The notes under the pieces: model-generated | The model's input: only the letters and a program-made list of their open reading frames with translations | Databases searched by the model: none | What the model was told of the DNA's origin: nothing | Shown here: positions 22,860-35,995 of the stretch, in pieces | Layout: each line of letters opens with the position of its first letter | How positions within the stretch are numbered: the stretch's first letter is position 1 | Assembly: GCF_016432865.1 (NCBI RefSeq) | Contig: NC_067401.1 | Coordinates: 7,378,001 to 7,442,000, forward strand | Direction of reading: 5' to 3' | Origin: Antechinus flavipes | Lineage: Eukaryota | DNA length: 64,000 bases | Program-made: the position numbers and the translations under genes

Positions 22860-25478
22860 CTTAAAAAGAAAACAGCATATAATCATCTCTTCAGTTTGAT
22901 TGGCTAGAACAAAGTAGCAGGAAAAGGGATGTTTTCAGAGAGCTTCCAGGCTGGCAAGTACTTTACAAACATCATCTCCTCTGTACCTATAAGCTATGTT
23001 CCAGTGGGATTGTTTTCCTGATTTCAAAGAGGAAGAAACTAAGATTTAAAGAAATGAGATGGTTTATGTGGCATCACAGGCAAGATATGAACTCAGGTCT
23101 TCTGAAGTCAGATGTCAGCACTCTAGTTGCTATGCCTCCCAATAACAAGTACTTTTTTAATGTGTTGATTTGCTATTGAGACCCTTTTTCTCCCATTTGA
23201 TGTTTGCTATTCCCATGATTTGGTTTTTCAGCTTTGATCATTATTCAACTTTGGTTTGTTTTTTATTCACATATGATTAATACTTGCTTCAGAGTCCCAA
23301 ATAACATGTCCCTTGAGAGCATCATAAAACGGGGATGATTATCCCCGAATCTGAGAGTTGGAAGGGAACCAGTGGGAAAAGCCCTTTCATCCAAACTGAA
23401 CACAAAGGCGATCCCCAAGGCGATAGAGCCGATAAGTGGCCAGTCAGTCCTCCATGCAATTTTCTCATGCACTTCTGAACATGTGGCTTTCCCAGGAGAA
23501 CTAGTTTCTGGCCACAGCTGTCCCCAGAAAACCCAAAGGGCTGTGATCAAATAACCATGGAGAGACTGCAGCCAGGAGGAAGCACAAACAACAGCTCAGT
23601 CCCAAAGAGGAGCACCTGGGGCACTCTAGACTAAATTAATTTTCAATGAGTAATCTCGGAATTTTGGCTCCTCTTTAGGGAGTGTTAGCACATCAGCTAA
23701 TATTTTTTAAACCAGTTTTGCACGTGGGAGGGAAAGATGCAACATAAATCCAGATTACCATTCAAAAAGATGCTAAGACCCGCTAATGAGAATGAATGTG
23801 CTTCTCATGTTTATTTTTTCTAGTGACTAACCTAGACTTAGCATGTGATATCATGAGATTATTTAATGCTCAGCTCAGTTGGATCAGTATGTACTAAGTG
23901 TCTACCCAAAGCCAAACAGTGTGCTGGGCACTGGGGGATTAAAAGAGAAAATGAAACCCGATCCTGATCTCACAGGTTCAAGGGTTAGAGCTAGAAGCAA
24001 TCTTAAAGTCTCTGAATCTAGCACTTCATTTTACATAAGGGGAAACTGAGGTCCAGGGAGCTTAAGTGTTTTATCCAGTGCTACCCAAATAACAGGTGTG
24101 TGGGATGATAGCTGAGCCCAGCTCTAGCCACCATACCATGCATTCAACTCAAGGATATAATATATCCAGACAAAAAACTACAAAATGTACATAAAATAAT
24201 GGGGAAGGAGCACCTCATGTACAAGGTAGCCCTGGAGATCTGAGCTGTGTAGGGAGTTTGAGATTCCAAGAGGCTAAAGTGAGGAGGGATGGCTTTCTGA
24301 GCATGATGCTCTGCCTATGTAAAGCCACAGTGGTGATGAGTGGTAATGTCATGCTAAGTGATGGCATTTACGTAGCTCCATAAAGTGTGCAAAGCACTGT
24401 GAATATGTTGTCATTTGATCCTTACAATAACCCTGGAAGGAAAATGCTATTATTATCCCTATTTTACAGATAAGTAAACTAAGGCACAAGGTAGGTAAGT
24501 GACATGCCAGGGTTGCAACCCTAGGAAGATCTGAGGCAGGATTCAAACTCGGCTCTTCTTGATTCACGGAGGGGAAGAGCACATAGGGCAATTTGGTTAT
24601 TAACCAATTATGTTAATTATAATTTATAATTAGTTATATTAATTATGTTAGGGAGAATGGTGCAGACTCAGAGAGAAATATATGCTGGAGCCGGGTCATG
24701 CTTTTAAATGTCAAACAGAATAGCTTGTGTCTTGTAAATGTAATGGGGAGCCGCTGATGTTCATTGAGCAGGAGAGTAAGATGATCTGGCCTGAATTTTG
24801 GGAATAGCCCTTGGCAGCTGTGCAACCTGAGATGTTTGTCAGGCCTGGAATTCTCTCCCCTTCCTCTACATCACCTGGCCTCCCTGGCTTCCTTCACGTT
24901 CCCACTAAAATCTCCCTTTCTACAGGAAGCCGTTCCCAGCCATCTTCATTTCAATTGGCGCTTCCCCTCTTGGAATAGCTCCAGTTCACCCCGTATTCTT
25001 CGTATTTGTACTGTTATTTGCATGCTGTCTGGCTGTGATTATCTTGAGGGACTGCATTGGGGGGGTGGGAGGAGAGGGTTTGCCTTTTTTGGTATTCTCA
25101 GCACTTGGCACAGTGCTGCACATAGTAGTTTCTTAAATACTTGGTAAATGACTAGACATGGAATTAAAGTGGAATTGGAGAGATTGGAGGCAACAACTAG
25201 CTAGGAGCTCCTGCAAATGTCCAGGTGAGGCATAGAGAGGGCCTGACTGGGGAGGCAGGGGGGATCTAAGGGAAAAGAAGGGGGCAGATGAGAGCTCTGA
25301 TGAGCTATAAGGTCAGAGGAGAGGGAAGTGGAAGGGAGGCCTCCAAGATCGGGTGACAACTGAAGGAATCTCAGGACTCCGGCTGGATTTAATCTGCATG
25401 TGAGCTCAAAAAAAGGGAACAGACCCAAAGACCAAATAAAGGCTATCTAGGGACCATAAGCACACAGGGCATCCAGAC

Positions 25479-25630
25479 CTTGTTGGCAATGTCATAAACC
25501 AAGACGGCGGCATTGGCTCCCCGAAAATAGAGGTGGCAAACGCTGTGATATTTCTCCTGTCCCGCCGTGTCCCAGATCTCCAGCTTTAAGGTCGAGTTGT
25601 CTATTTCCATCATCTGAGTGAAGAAGGCAC
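25479..25630 (-). CDS. RAB17: RAB17 coding exon 2 of 5 (CAFFTQMMEIDNSTLKLEIWDTAGQEKYHSVCHLYFRGANAAVLVYDIANK); absent from the ORF track
   Basis: Acceptor ctcctcccag|GT, donor AAG|gtctgg, and the WDTAGQE G3 motif (Q77). Confidence 0.96.
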
Positions 25631-26629
25631 CTGGGAGGAGAGAAGTACTGCATCAGGGGACTGATTGGAAGCAGGAATTGTCATCCATCGTGAGCCGTGA
25701 TCTGTTTTATGGTTCCTGGGGACGGGACCAAAGTTTTCAGTGCCCTGTGACCAAATACCATCCACTCGCATCACAGGAAACCTTTTTCACCCTTTATAAT
25801 GGAGTCAAACCAGTGCACTTCTCGATCCAGTCTTGTGCAACCCTCTCCCACCTTCAAATGTCTGAAGATGCTGGTGGGGTTCCCTACCTCACTCCCACCA
25901 CCAATCAGTCATCTCCTCTCCCAAGATCCCCTAGATATTTCCAATATTTCTCACATGACATGGTTTTTTGACAGTTTCCACTACTACATATATATATATG
26001 TATACACACCCTCCACACACACTCTCACAGACACACATATGTGCATGTGTACACACATACACATGTATATACATATACATGCACATACACATGATCTTGC
26101 TAACTCTTTCTTCTAGAGATTACTGTGTATTTTCCTTCCTGAAATACTGAATCTCTCTTTCCCCTCTCCCCCTCCAGTAGAACAGAATCTCGCTGAGGAC
26201 CAGTCCTATTTTGGTTTCTTTCTCAGGCTCCCCAGTCCAGGGCCTAGAACACAATGACACACTAGAATCAGTCATATAACCTCATTAGCATAAGGAACTT
26301 GGTGAAGAAATCTCTCTCTGGCACTTTCCTTACAATATATAGTCTCGGAGAACGGGGACATTGTGTCTTGCCCCAGTCACACCCTGCCCAGACAGTAAGT
26401 ATCCAGGTGAAATTCAAATTCAGGTCCTCCGAATGCCAAGAAGGACAATTCCCTGACAGAGGGTTAGCAATGAGGAGCTCTGACAGATTAACTGACTTGC
26501 CCAGAGTTATAGCCAGGATATGTCAGACCTTGCATACAATAGGTGAATAATAAATGTTTACTGAACTGGATTGTTTGGAACTCAAGACTGTAAACTCCTC
26601 AAGGACAAAATCTTGGGTATTTTTCATCT

Positions 26630-26995
26630 CTGCATCCTTCAATCTGGGCATTTCTGAGACCTGATGGAAGGTGATTTTTATAATAATGCTAAGATGTTTT
26701 AACTTTAAATTTGGTAAATACTGATGGACATAGAGCCAGGCCCCAGTTAGTGCCCCTAATAATCCCTTACAGTGCTGATATTATTTGAATTTCCTTTGAG
26801 CTAAACTCAGTGACCCTCATATACATAATTATAGCTTCAAATAGAGTGGGTACATACAACCACTTCAAGGGGCTCATCATTTGCACCAATCGGGATCTCA
26901 CTCTAAGACACATAAACCAAAGTATTTTGGGCGTCTCCATAATTGTTAAGACTGAAAAAGTAACCCGGACACCAAAGGTTTGAGAATTGTCACTG
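26630..26995 (-). mobile_element. Old hAT-Charlie-like non-autonomous DNA transposon remnant
   Basis: The minus strand begins cagtgacaattctcaaacctttggtgtcc...ctttggtttatgtg, resembling cagtggttctcaaacttttggtctc-type MITEs. The far end is degenerate. Confidence 0.4.
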
Positions 26996-27880
26996 TGGAG
27001 CCTTAATAGAGCCCACCATCCATATGATTACATTTATACAAGGCATTTAATAGGAAATGCATCTGGTACGTTCCAGTGAAACTGACTCTGTCTCTCACCC
27101 CTTAAAAATAGAAAATGGGGATCGCAGAGTCTCCTGTATCTACCTTGATCATTCTGTGGCTTGAACCTTCAGGGCCACCAGACAAGCTGTGGTGGGATGA
27201 ATTCATTCTTGCCATATTGGAGGTGACAATCCCGGCAATTTCCATTTTGCCAGGATCTTAATCAATCGGCCAATCGACAAACATTTTCCCAAAGACCCAT
27301 TCACTGTGCTAGAGGTGGGTTTACAAAAATAAATCAGGCCCTGCCCTCAAGGAGTTTATATTCTCAATAGGGAAAATCATCTATACATGTAAATTAATAC
27401 CAGATTTGCATTAATGCCTTTTATTTTGTTAAATTGGGGGGGGGGGATTGGTTTTTTCAAATTTTGTTAATTTTGTTAAATTGTTTCAACAATCCCATGA
27501 GATCAATATTGTTATTATTATTATATCATTATTTTATTAATTGTTTTCCTCATTTACAAATGAAGAAGCTGAGTCCCACAGCCATGCTGTGTCCCCCACT
27601 GCAGAGTTAGGACTGAAGCCTTCTGGCCTCAGCCCCGGCATTGCTCCCACCCCACCTGCTGCCTCCACTCATCTAGGACTGGATGCCCTGGTGCTAACTT
27701 TGGAAGCTGACTCAGGCTGCATCTGTCGCCGGCTGTTCCTATTGCCTTATGTGTGGGCACAGGACAATACCCACTTGTCTGAGCAAATATTTTGCTTCTA
27801 TTATTGCCCTTTCCTTTGCTATGGAAGTAGCAACCGAGGAGGACTATCTTACTGGCCGTGAAGAATCCCATGGTGTCCCG

Positions 27881-29110
27881 TGTAATATTATGCGATTTTT
27901 TCAATAATGAAGCAGAGGCCATCTGGCGTATGTTTGCAGAACTAGCACAGCAGGGGCCCTCTAGGCTAACCGAGACTCCTTTGTACAACATCTGGGAGCA
28001 ATGCTAATCCGGGCTCCTATTAAAGATCTCCCCTCATGGAGACCTCACTCCATTACCACTTCCCAACGCTTCCTATCCCACTCCGGGGAGGCCCTAATTC
28101 AGAGAATTATGGGATCTCAGAACCAACAAATCCAGTGTCTTCCCATCAAAGAAGTAGTCCCTGGGCCCCAGAAAGAGTGGGTAACCATCCAAGGTAAAAC
28201 AACGGTATGACTGGAACCCAAATCCTCTGAATCCAAAGTCAGTGCTTAAAGACCATCTAGGTCCTTTCCCTTGGGCAGTCTGGCAAAGCATGAGGATCCT
28301 GCTCAAAGTAATGCTTATAATGCCCAGGCTAGCTTTCTGGCAGTCGTCTGGAAGGGCATCGGTCTCAGCAGAATAGTCACCACGAGAATGGACAAGAGTC
28401 CAAAGTCTTTATTGTCTCTTACTCAGTCTGCGTCTGTCACAGTCTGACCCATTCTCCCTCAGCAGTCTGGCAGTCTGACTCCTGTTTGACTTTTTGTTCC
28501 CAATTCTCATGCACCCTATTACAATTACAAATACATTACAGCACACTCTGTATGTGTGAACTAGAGAACCATGACATCACCATACTAAGCACTAAGTACA
28601 TGTAAACTAGAGAACCACTGTCTCATCAATTCCTCTGCGTTAACACCTTATTTCAAGTACACTTCTCCAGGGTTCTGGCTCCCTACAAATGCTCTTAAAT
28701 GTGGGGAATAACAAGGGAAACCAATTACGTTGAAACAATATGTTCTAAATAACAAGTCATGAACCCCTAATCTGGCCAAGCTCTGCCCCCCAAAATATCT
28801 CCCCTTCCTACATCCTGCCATCTTTGGCTGCCACCTAAGGCCCAAAATGATTCCTCCACTGAGGATTGGCAGTCCATCCTGCCCTTTTCCTTTTGCTTCT
28901 GCCCTCTTGGCCAATCTGAAGAAGACCAATCCCCCTGCCCGACTTCAACAACAAAGACAAGGACAAGGACCGTTTGGCCCATGATCTAAACTCTGAAGTG
29001 TTCTTTGATTATTGAATTAAGACTTTTTGTCTCTTTGCTCAAAGCCTGGACTCTGCTGCCATATCGATTTGTTTGTTAAAACTTATTTGGCTCGTCCGAT
29101 AAATTGCACA
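27881..29110 (+). mobile_element. Probable ERV solo LTR (outer), interrupted by a second LTR
   Basis: TGTAAT...GCACA termini and U5-like text after a degenerate poly(A) signal near 29015. It appears to split a MIR 5' end. No clean TSD. Confidence 0.45.
28316..28645 (-). mobile_element. ERV solo LTR (inner, about 330 bp)
   Basis: The minus strand runs TGTTAACGCAG...GGGCATTATA, with AATAAA (plus-strand TTTATT at 28408-28413) and internal repeats (aactagagaacca x2, cagtctg x5). Confidence 0.8.
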
Positions 29111-31951
29111 GTGAACACTGTTGGTCTTGGGGTCAAGGGGACCTGAACCTCAATCTATCTTTAGACACTTCCTAGCTGTCATTTCCTCTCCTAGAGTCAA
29201 TTCTTCATCTATAACAATTGCACTCCCCTCCCACAGTTGGGAGAATCAGAGAGGAAACATATATGAAACATGTTGCTAAATAAACATTAGTTACTATCGT
29301 GGGCTTATACAGATGGGAAGTAGACAAATACATTGTAGCAATGATGTCCCCCAGTCATTTCTGCAGGGTAATTGTGCTGACTGCATCAAGGTCCTGGACA
29401 TGGGAGAGCCTCCTGGAAGAGATCTTTCATGACTCAGAGGAGCTTGGTTTACTCCAGCATGCAGAAAGCCCCAAGTACAGGAAGAAGGGCTAGATTTCAG
29501 TAGCAGCAGAATGGACACTTCTAGAGCCTCTAGAACAGTGTGTGGGTGTGGAATAAATAATATAGACAGGAAGAGGAAGATGGGCTTCTCTCCTGACCCT
29601 GAGTGCCCACGAAAGCAAAAGCCTTTCTCTTCAATATTAACATTTTGCCCAAGTGGCTGTATGGAATCAAGCCCTAGAACCCCTCTAGAACCCCACTTCC
29701 TCTAAAGAAAATCACACAGAGATCGGTGGAAAGGCCCCAATCCTTGTTAGCATTTTGAGGGTTTTTTCAAGCATGTTACAAACATTTTCTCATTTTACCC
29801 TCACAGCAAGTCCGGGAGATACATCCTATTATTATCCCCATTTTACAGATAAGAAAACTATAGCAGACACAGCCAAGTTTTACAGAAGCCAACCCAAATG
29901 TTCATGGGAACTATTGGTGTCCAAGTTTTGACAGAGTATTCTGAGCTCCTATTGATCTGATCAGCCACAGTAGGACATGCTGGCACTGTACTCTAACAAA
30001 ATGATGTCATGTTAGTCCTCTTGCACCCATTGAGACAGGATTTGACTCCTGACTCCAAGTCTGGGCTCTACCTAGTGCACCACCTGACTGCCTGACTGGC
30101 ATGAATGACTTTGGTTATTTCAGCTTCCTGAGCCTCAGTTTCTCTCCTAAGTCAAATGAGAAGATTGGACTAGAGAACTCTAGCTTTCCTTCCAGCTCCG
30201 GAGCTATCATCCAAAAGTCCACTAGGTGTTGCTCTCATCCCACACAATGGCCCCCAAAAGCCTACAGAAGTGAAAGTGCTTGAGGGAGCTTTCTGAGTAA
30301 GCAGTGGAGGGCAGTACTCCTCCCGGGAGGTTTCCATGGAGCCTCCGAGTAACTTCCGGAGCTGATGGATACCCTTCCAGGGTCACCTGACCACACCAAG
30401 TCAGCCCAGGCAGAGGCTCCAGATCTCCTGATTCGACATTCTATAGTCCCCGGGCTGGCTCAAAGGGAATGACTTTCATTTCCCAAGCTTCCCTTTCAGA
30501 GGGTAAATTGGAGAGGGTAAGTCTTTGATCCCCATCAGGAAGACTTCTTTTCAAATCCTGTATGACTCTGGGCAAGTACTTTCTTTGGGTACCTCAAGTT
30601 AATTCATCTATAACATGGGAACACCTGCCTCCGGGGGCTACTGTGACAGACAAATGCATCACTCTGAAATCTTTAGGGCCCTACAGAACGAGTACTATTA
30701 TTATAATTATTTACTGTTATTTAGATCTGAGACCTTAGGGGTCATGTAATCCAACTCCCCCATTTTCTATACTGGCAAAATAAGGCACAAGGGAAGAAAG
30801 TGGTTCAGTATCATAGGGTCACAGCTCAGAGTCTATCTAACCCAGAAGTGGAAATACAGGGAGTAGAAGACAGAAGCAGGATTTGAACCCAGCCCCATCC
30901 ACTCCCATTCCAGCGTCAGTAGCTTTTCCACTGTCCCAAAACTTCCAGGTCCTTCTCCCCATGACCTCCAAAACTAGGAATGGAGATGGTACCTGGTTTA
31001 ATTAATGTTGGTCTTGCTGTGAAATTTGCTCCTCAGGGAATGTAGAGCTATTCCTTCAATTCTATCTGAGTCCAGAGAGCAGAAGAGATGGATGGCTCTC
31101 ACTAGAAGATGGCCCTGTTCTACAGCATGGTCTAGGTTGCACCCTCTCTCTTGGATGCTGAACTGCCATCCATTTGCTTTATATTTACTTCGTGTGCCTC
31201 TGTTTACTTATCTGAGAAAGGGGTACATCCTCCCAGTGGAATATAAGTTCCCTGAGGGAAGGAACCTTGGTCTTTATCTTTGTATCCCCAGGGGGCTAAC
31301 TCAGAGACCAGAACAGAGTGGATGCTTCATCAATATTCACTGTTGAATTGATAGAGACATGGGTTTATCCATTTGTTTATTCCTAAGGTATTAGATGTAG
31401 ATGGCTGAATGAGAAGAAGACTACCATGAAAGGAAAGAAGGCAGTGCCATGATCCCCCAATAACAGCTCCTCCTCTTCCCCCAGGATGGCAATGTAGCCC
31501 ACTGGGCCAGAGAATTCTCAAGGAATTTCATTGCACCCAGAAATATTCTCATGCTTCATTGCATGGAGCCCAAATTTCCTTCTTTGCAGTTTGCACCCAC
31601 TGAGGCTCATTGAGACCAAGAGGAACTGATCTAACCCCTTTTCCATAGGGTAACCCTTCACACTCTTAAAAACCGCTCCCTTTGTCCCACCCCCACTTTG
31701 GACTTTTCATCACAGTTGGTCTCTCTGGAAGGAGGCACTGACTTCATGGCAATAGCGCCCAATGGTGAGGAGGGTTATGCCCTAAGACAGCAGATAGGAA
31801 GCTCCCCTTTAAAGGACATGACTTCCTGGCTCCTTAAAATCCAGGTGAACCTCTGAAGCATGCTAAGGGGAAATGCAGCTCTATCTCCTCCCCAACCCTA
31901 TTTAGCTCCCTTGGTCTTAGCGTGAAGGAAAAAGCAAAGTCGGGAACTCAC

Positions 31952-32108
31952 AGCCCAGCGTGGGCAGGATTTCCTTGAAGTCATTCTTGATGAGTCGGAT
32001 GACCAGGCTGGACTTGCCCACAGAACTGCTCCCCAGGAGAACCACCTTGAAGACGGAGGGCTGGTGGGGGGCACCCTCAGGCTGGGTATTTCCCTTCATC
32101 TGTGCCAT
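31952..32108 (-). CDS. RAB17: RAB17 first coding exon (MAQMKGNTQPEGAPHQPSVFKVVLLGSSSVGKSSLVIRLIKNDFKEILPTLG)
   Basis: P-loop GSSSVGKS and donor GGCT|gtgagt. The acceptor ttttttttgcag lies 3 nt before the ATG, which implies an upstream non-coding exon. The five exons total 642 nt = 213 aa. Confidence 0.96.
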
Positions 32109-34939
32109 GCCCTGCAAAAAAAACACCGTCCATCAGAAACAGGTGCTATCAGATGCCCTAAGGAGGCCCAATGGCGCCAACCAACTCACTTGCAAGGCTG
32201 CCTATTAATGTTCTAATGGGTACAATTCTAGAGGGTAGAGACCAAAGTCCCAATTAGGAGCACTGGGTTAAAGTCATTATGAGCAGAACATGGGACTTTT
32301 TCCTGGCAGGATTTCAATCAATGAAAAAATAATGCTTCACTTCTAGTAATTAATCCAAGCCCTTTGAGAGGATCAAAGAATGGTGGATTTGGAGCCAGGA
32401 GAGGCTATCAGAATCTCATCTGCCACTTAATGCTGAAGGGCTTGCATGAGCCTCCCTGTGCCTCGGTATACTCATCTGGAAAATGGGAACACTGATTCCT
32501 ATAGTACTTAACTGTTTAAGAGCATCAGTAATATTTTTCATGCAGAAAACTAGGAGAAGCTGAAAGCCCTTCATCATCACCCGCAATCAAAGCCATGGGA
32601 CTGGGAACAGTTACCGCCTTTGGGCCCTCCTAAAACATCTCATAAAATATCGACATTCAAAAGCACTTGAGAGATCCCTCACCCAGGGCTTCCTCCTTTT
32701 TATGTGTTCTTAGCAGTATCTGAAGAAGCTCATAGGCCTCCCTCCCCCATCCTTCCCAGAAGCATAGGAAATGCTACATTTCCATTCTGTTCAGCCATAT
32801 CTGGCTCTTCATGATCCCACTTGGGGCATTCTTGGTAGAGACATTGGAGGGATTGTCCATTTCCTTCTCCAGCTCATTTTACAGATGAGGAAACTGAGGC
32901 AAGAAGGGCAAAGTGATCTGCCTAAGATGATACATGTAGGAAGAGAAAGAATCAGGAACCAAGTCTGGCCATCTCCCCAGCACACAAAACAGCCTGGACA
33001 AGCTCTCCCGATAGTGTTCACTCAAGCTCCCCAGTGACCATCATGACCAAATGCATCAGCTTTTCAGAACTTCATTTTTCCTCGCACACACAAATATATT
33101 CACATGCACTCAGAGACACACACAGAGGTAGGGAGCTGTCCCAGGCAATGTGCCACTAAATGACAAAATGAATAAATGAAACAATCTCAGGACAGTGTGA
33201 ATTTAGAAAACAGGAATATCTCCTGGCTTAGAATGGACTAGGAAAAGAGCCAGAGGTATCGGTGGACCACAAAGCTGAAGGGAGCCAATAGTACCATTGA
33301 GGCAGTGAAGAGTCAAGTGTGAGCTCTGGCTGTGTTAGAGAAGGCTCCCAGAATGCTTCTTGCTATGGTCTGGCTCAGACCCCGTCTGGAGAGATTCTGT
33401 TCACTACGATTAAGTCCATTTTAGGAAGGACCAGCTGGCCGCATTCCCAAGCCAAAATTCCGAAAGCGTAGCCCTGACCCCGTTCCTCCTCTACTCAGGC
33501 AACTCCGTGGCCGGGATTTCTCAAAATCGCTTCCAAAATGCTGCCTTTTCTGGGGGTTGAGGGAGCAAGAACATGATTCCAACTTGGCAGAGACGTGGCT
33601 TTGGCTACTCAATGGTCCTAGCCAAGGGCGAGCCCTTTCTCATCTCCAATATCAAATCCAGGTGTCCATGATTTTCTGTCCAATAAAATCCAGATCAAAG
33701 ACTCTCTCTAGTTGGGTCCAATGAATCGATCAATTTCTGCAGTACACAATAAGCGCAAAGCACCGTGCTCACCTCCATCAGGCAGACACCATCAGTGCTA
33801 TTGTCCCTAGTCTACAGATGAGGAAACCGAGCCGAAAAGATGGGAAGTCATCTGCCCAGGGTCATAGAGCTTGCAACATCCGTTTGCTTCAATGTTCTCA
33901 TCTGGGAAATGGGAATAATGACAGCACCTAGCTCCCAGGGAGATTGTGATGATCGAATGAAACTATTTTGAAGCACTTCACAGGTGTCTGGCACATAGTA
34001 GGTGCTATTTGACTGTTAGTTATTATTATTAATCCACTTCACCAACATAAACATCAAACCCACCGTAATCTGAATGCATTGAAAGAAGGATATGAGCAAA
34101 AAATCTGAAATGAGAAAATCATTCTTTCCCAAGTACACATAGGAATCCAAAGGAGGCTGGGACATGATGTCCTGGGAGCATGGAGACAAACTGCTTTAAC
34201 TAACAACAAGCCAACTGTGTGACAGTGAGACTTTGGGCAAGTCGTTTAACCCTAATTTGCCTCAGTTTCTTCATCTGTAAAATGAGAGGGATAGCCTCCA
34301 TGGCCTCTGCTGTCACTTCCAGCTACATCTGTGGTCCTGTGATTCAAGTTCAAATCCTGACTGGCTGGATAAGGCACACAACCTCTCATTTGAGGGGAGG
34401 GCCGTGGATCCTTCCATTGTGTTACAAACACTGGGTTCCCTTCCAGCCCAAATATCCTCCAGATGAATTTGAATTTCAGTTGTTTGCAAGGCTTTTAAAT
34501 ATTTTAAATATCTGCCCTCCCCCCCATTTTCCTAATGCGGTTCATTAGCTCCCACTTAAAAGACATCAGCCTTTGCTAGATCAAAAGTGAGTGACTGTGA
34601 GAGACTGGGAGCAAGATGGGGGACAAATGGGGGAGCTCAGAGAGGCCACAATGGACCCTGTATCCACGGGGCAGGAGGTGGGGCCGGCGGCCATCCAGCA
34701 TTTAGCCCCCCTCCCTCCTTAGCCAAGATGACGCCCTAAAACCCAGAGCAGCGCAGTGGCTCTCTTACATTTGTACAGGTTAATAAGAGCACAGAGTTGG
34801 ACCTGGAAGGGACTTCGGAGACCATAGAATATAATCCCTTGTCTTACAGAAAAGTAAACTGAGGCCCAGGGGGGAAGGGGGATAATAACACTGAGTCATG
34901 AAATTAGAGATGGAACTCTCCCCCCATCGAACTTATGTG

Positions 34940-35200
34940 GACACTTACACACACATATACACACACTACAGACACACACACAAGGTGCACACGCATCACA
35001 GATACATGTGCATACACTTCTGTGGGTACACACAGAGACATACATGTAAGGCCCACACCAGGCCATGCACATATACACATACACATGTATGCACGTGTGT
35101 GTGCAAGGCACACATGTATCTATCCGTGCGTGCTCACATGTATACGGCACATGCATGTCTATCTGTACCTGTGCAAGCATACACATGTACACGCACAAAT
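34940..35200. repeat. CA/TG-rich alternating purine-pyrimidine low-complexity tract (similar tracts at 25985-26095 and 40625-40940)
   Basis: Directly visible. Confidence 0.85.
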
Positions 35201-35568
35201 TTGGAGAAGATAATCAGGAGCAGGGAAAGGGAAGTGACTCCTTCAAGATCTCACAGCTGGGTATCCCCTGGCAGAGTTGAAGCCAGACCTGGGAGGACTC
35301 TTCCCACTCCTCCGCCTCCTCAGTCCCACTAATAACAAGGACTTAGATCAGACGAGTTGTGGGCTGGGACCAGTTCCGGGCCCCAGGGCCCCGGGGCCCC
35401 GCCCCCAGCTGAGTTTGTGCCAGGGATGTGAAAGTGACCTCTGCTGCCCTCGGGGACGTGACCCCAAACTGCCCTGGCTGCTGCCCCCCTCCCTCAGCCA
35501 GCCCCAGGAGACCCAGCCAAGAGGCTGCTGGTCCCGCTGGACAGCTCCATCCCGCTCTGGTCACTCAC

Positions 35569-35790
35569 CTGGGCTCGGGCCTGCCCCGGCGGCCGGGGCT
35601 CCACAAGACGGGCCTGTGAGTCTGGCTGCAGGGCTGGAGGATGACGGGCGGCTCACTTCCTCATACTTCCCTGAGAACTTCGCCCCACGCTCTGCAGTTG
35701 GCTGAGCCGAGCAGGAGCCCCAGCTCACCTTTCAGCCGGATTGTTCTCCTGGAACCAAACAGGGCTCATTTCCCCGAGCGGGGTCGGTGA
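35569..35790 (-). other. RAB17: Candidate non-coding exon 1 of RAB17 (5' end approximate)
   Basis: GC/CpG-rich patch about 3.5 kb upstream of the ATG exon. It has a perfect minus-strand donor CAG|GTGAGT (exon end 35569), a second donor AAG|GTGAGC (35729), and a CCAAT box near 35790. Confidence 0.55.
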
Positions 35791-35995
35791 TTGGCCAGCG
35801 CGCAGAGGCTGGGGGTCCCGAGCTGGGACAAAGAAGAGGGAAAGGATCAGGTGGAAGGAAGGCTGCCCTGCCCTGCCTCCCCCCTCCTCCTCTGCTGGGC
35901 CCCCACCTCCCCGGGGCGCACACTCACTCACACGACAAACAGCCACCGGGGAGGAGAGTTGAAGGTCCAGTCGTCAGGATGCAGCCGGTGGGACT

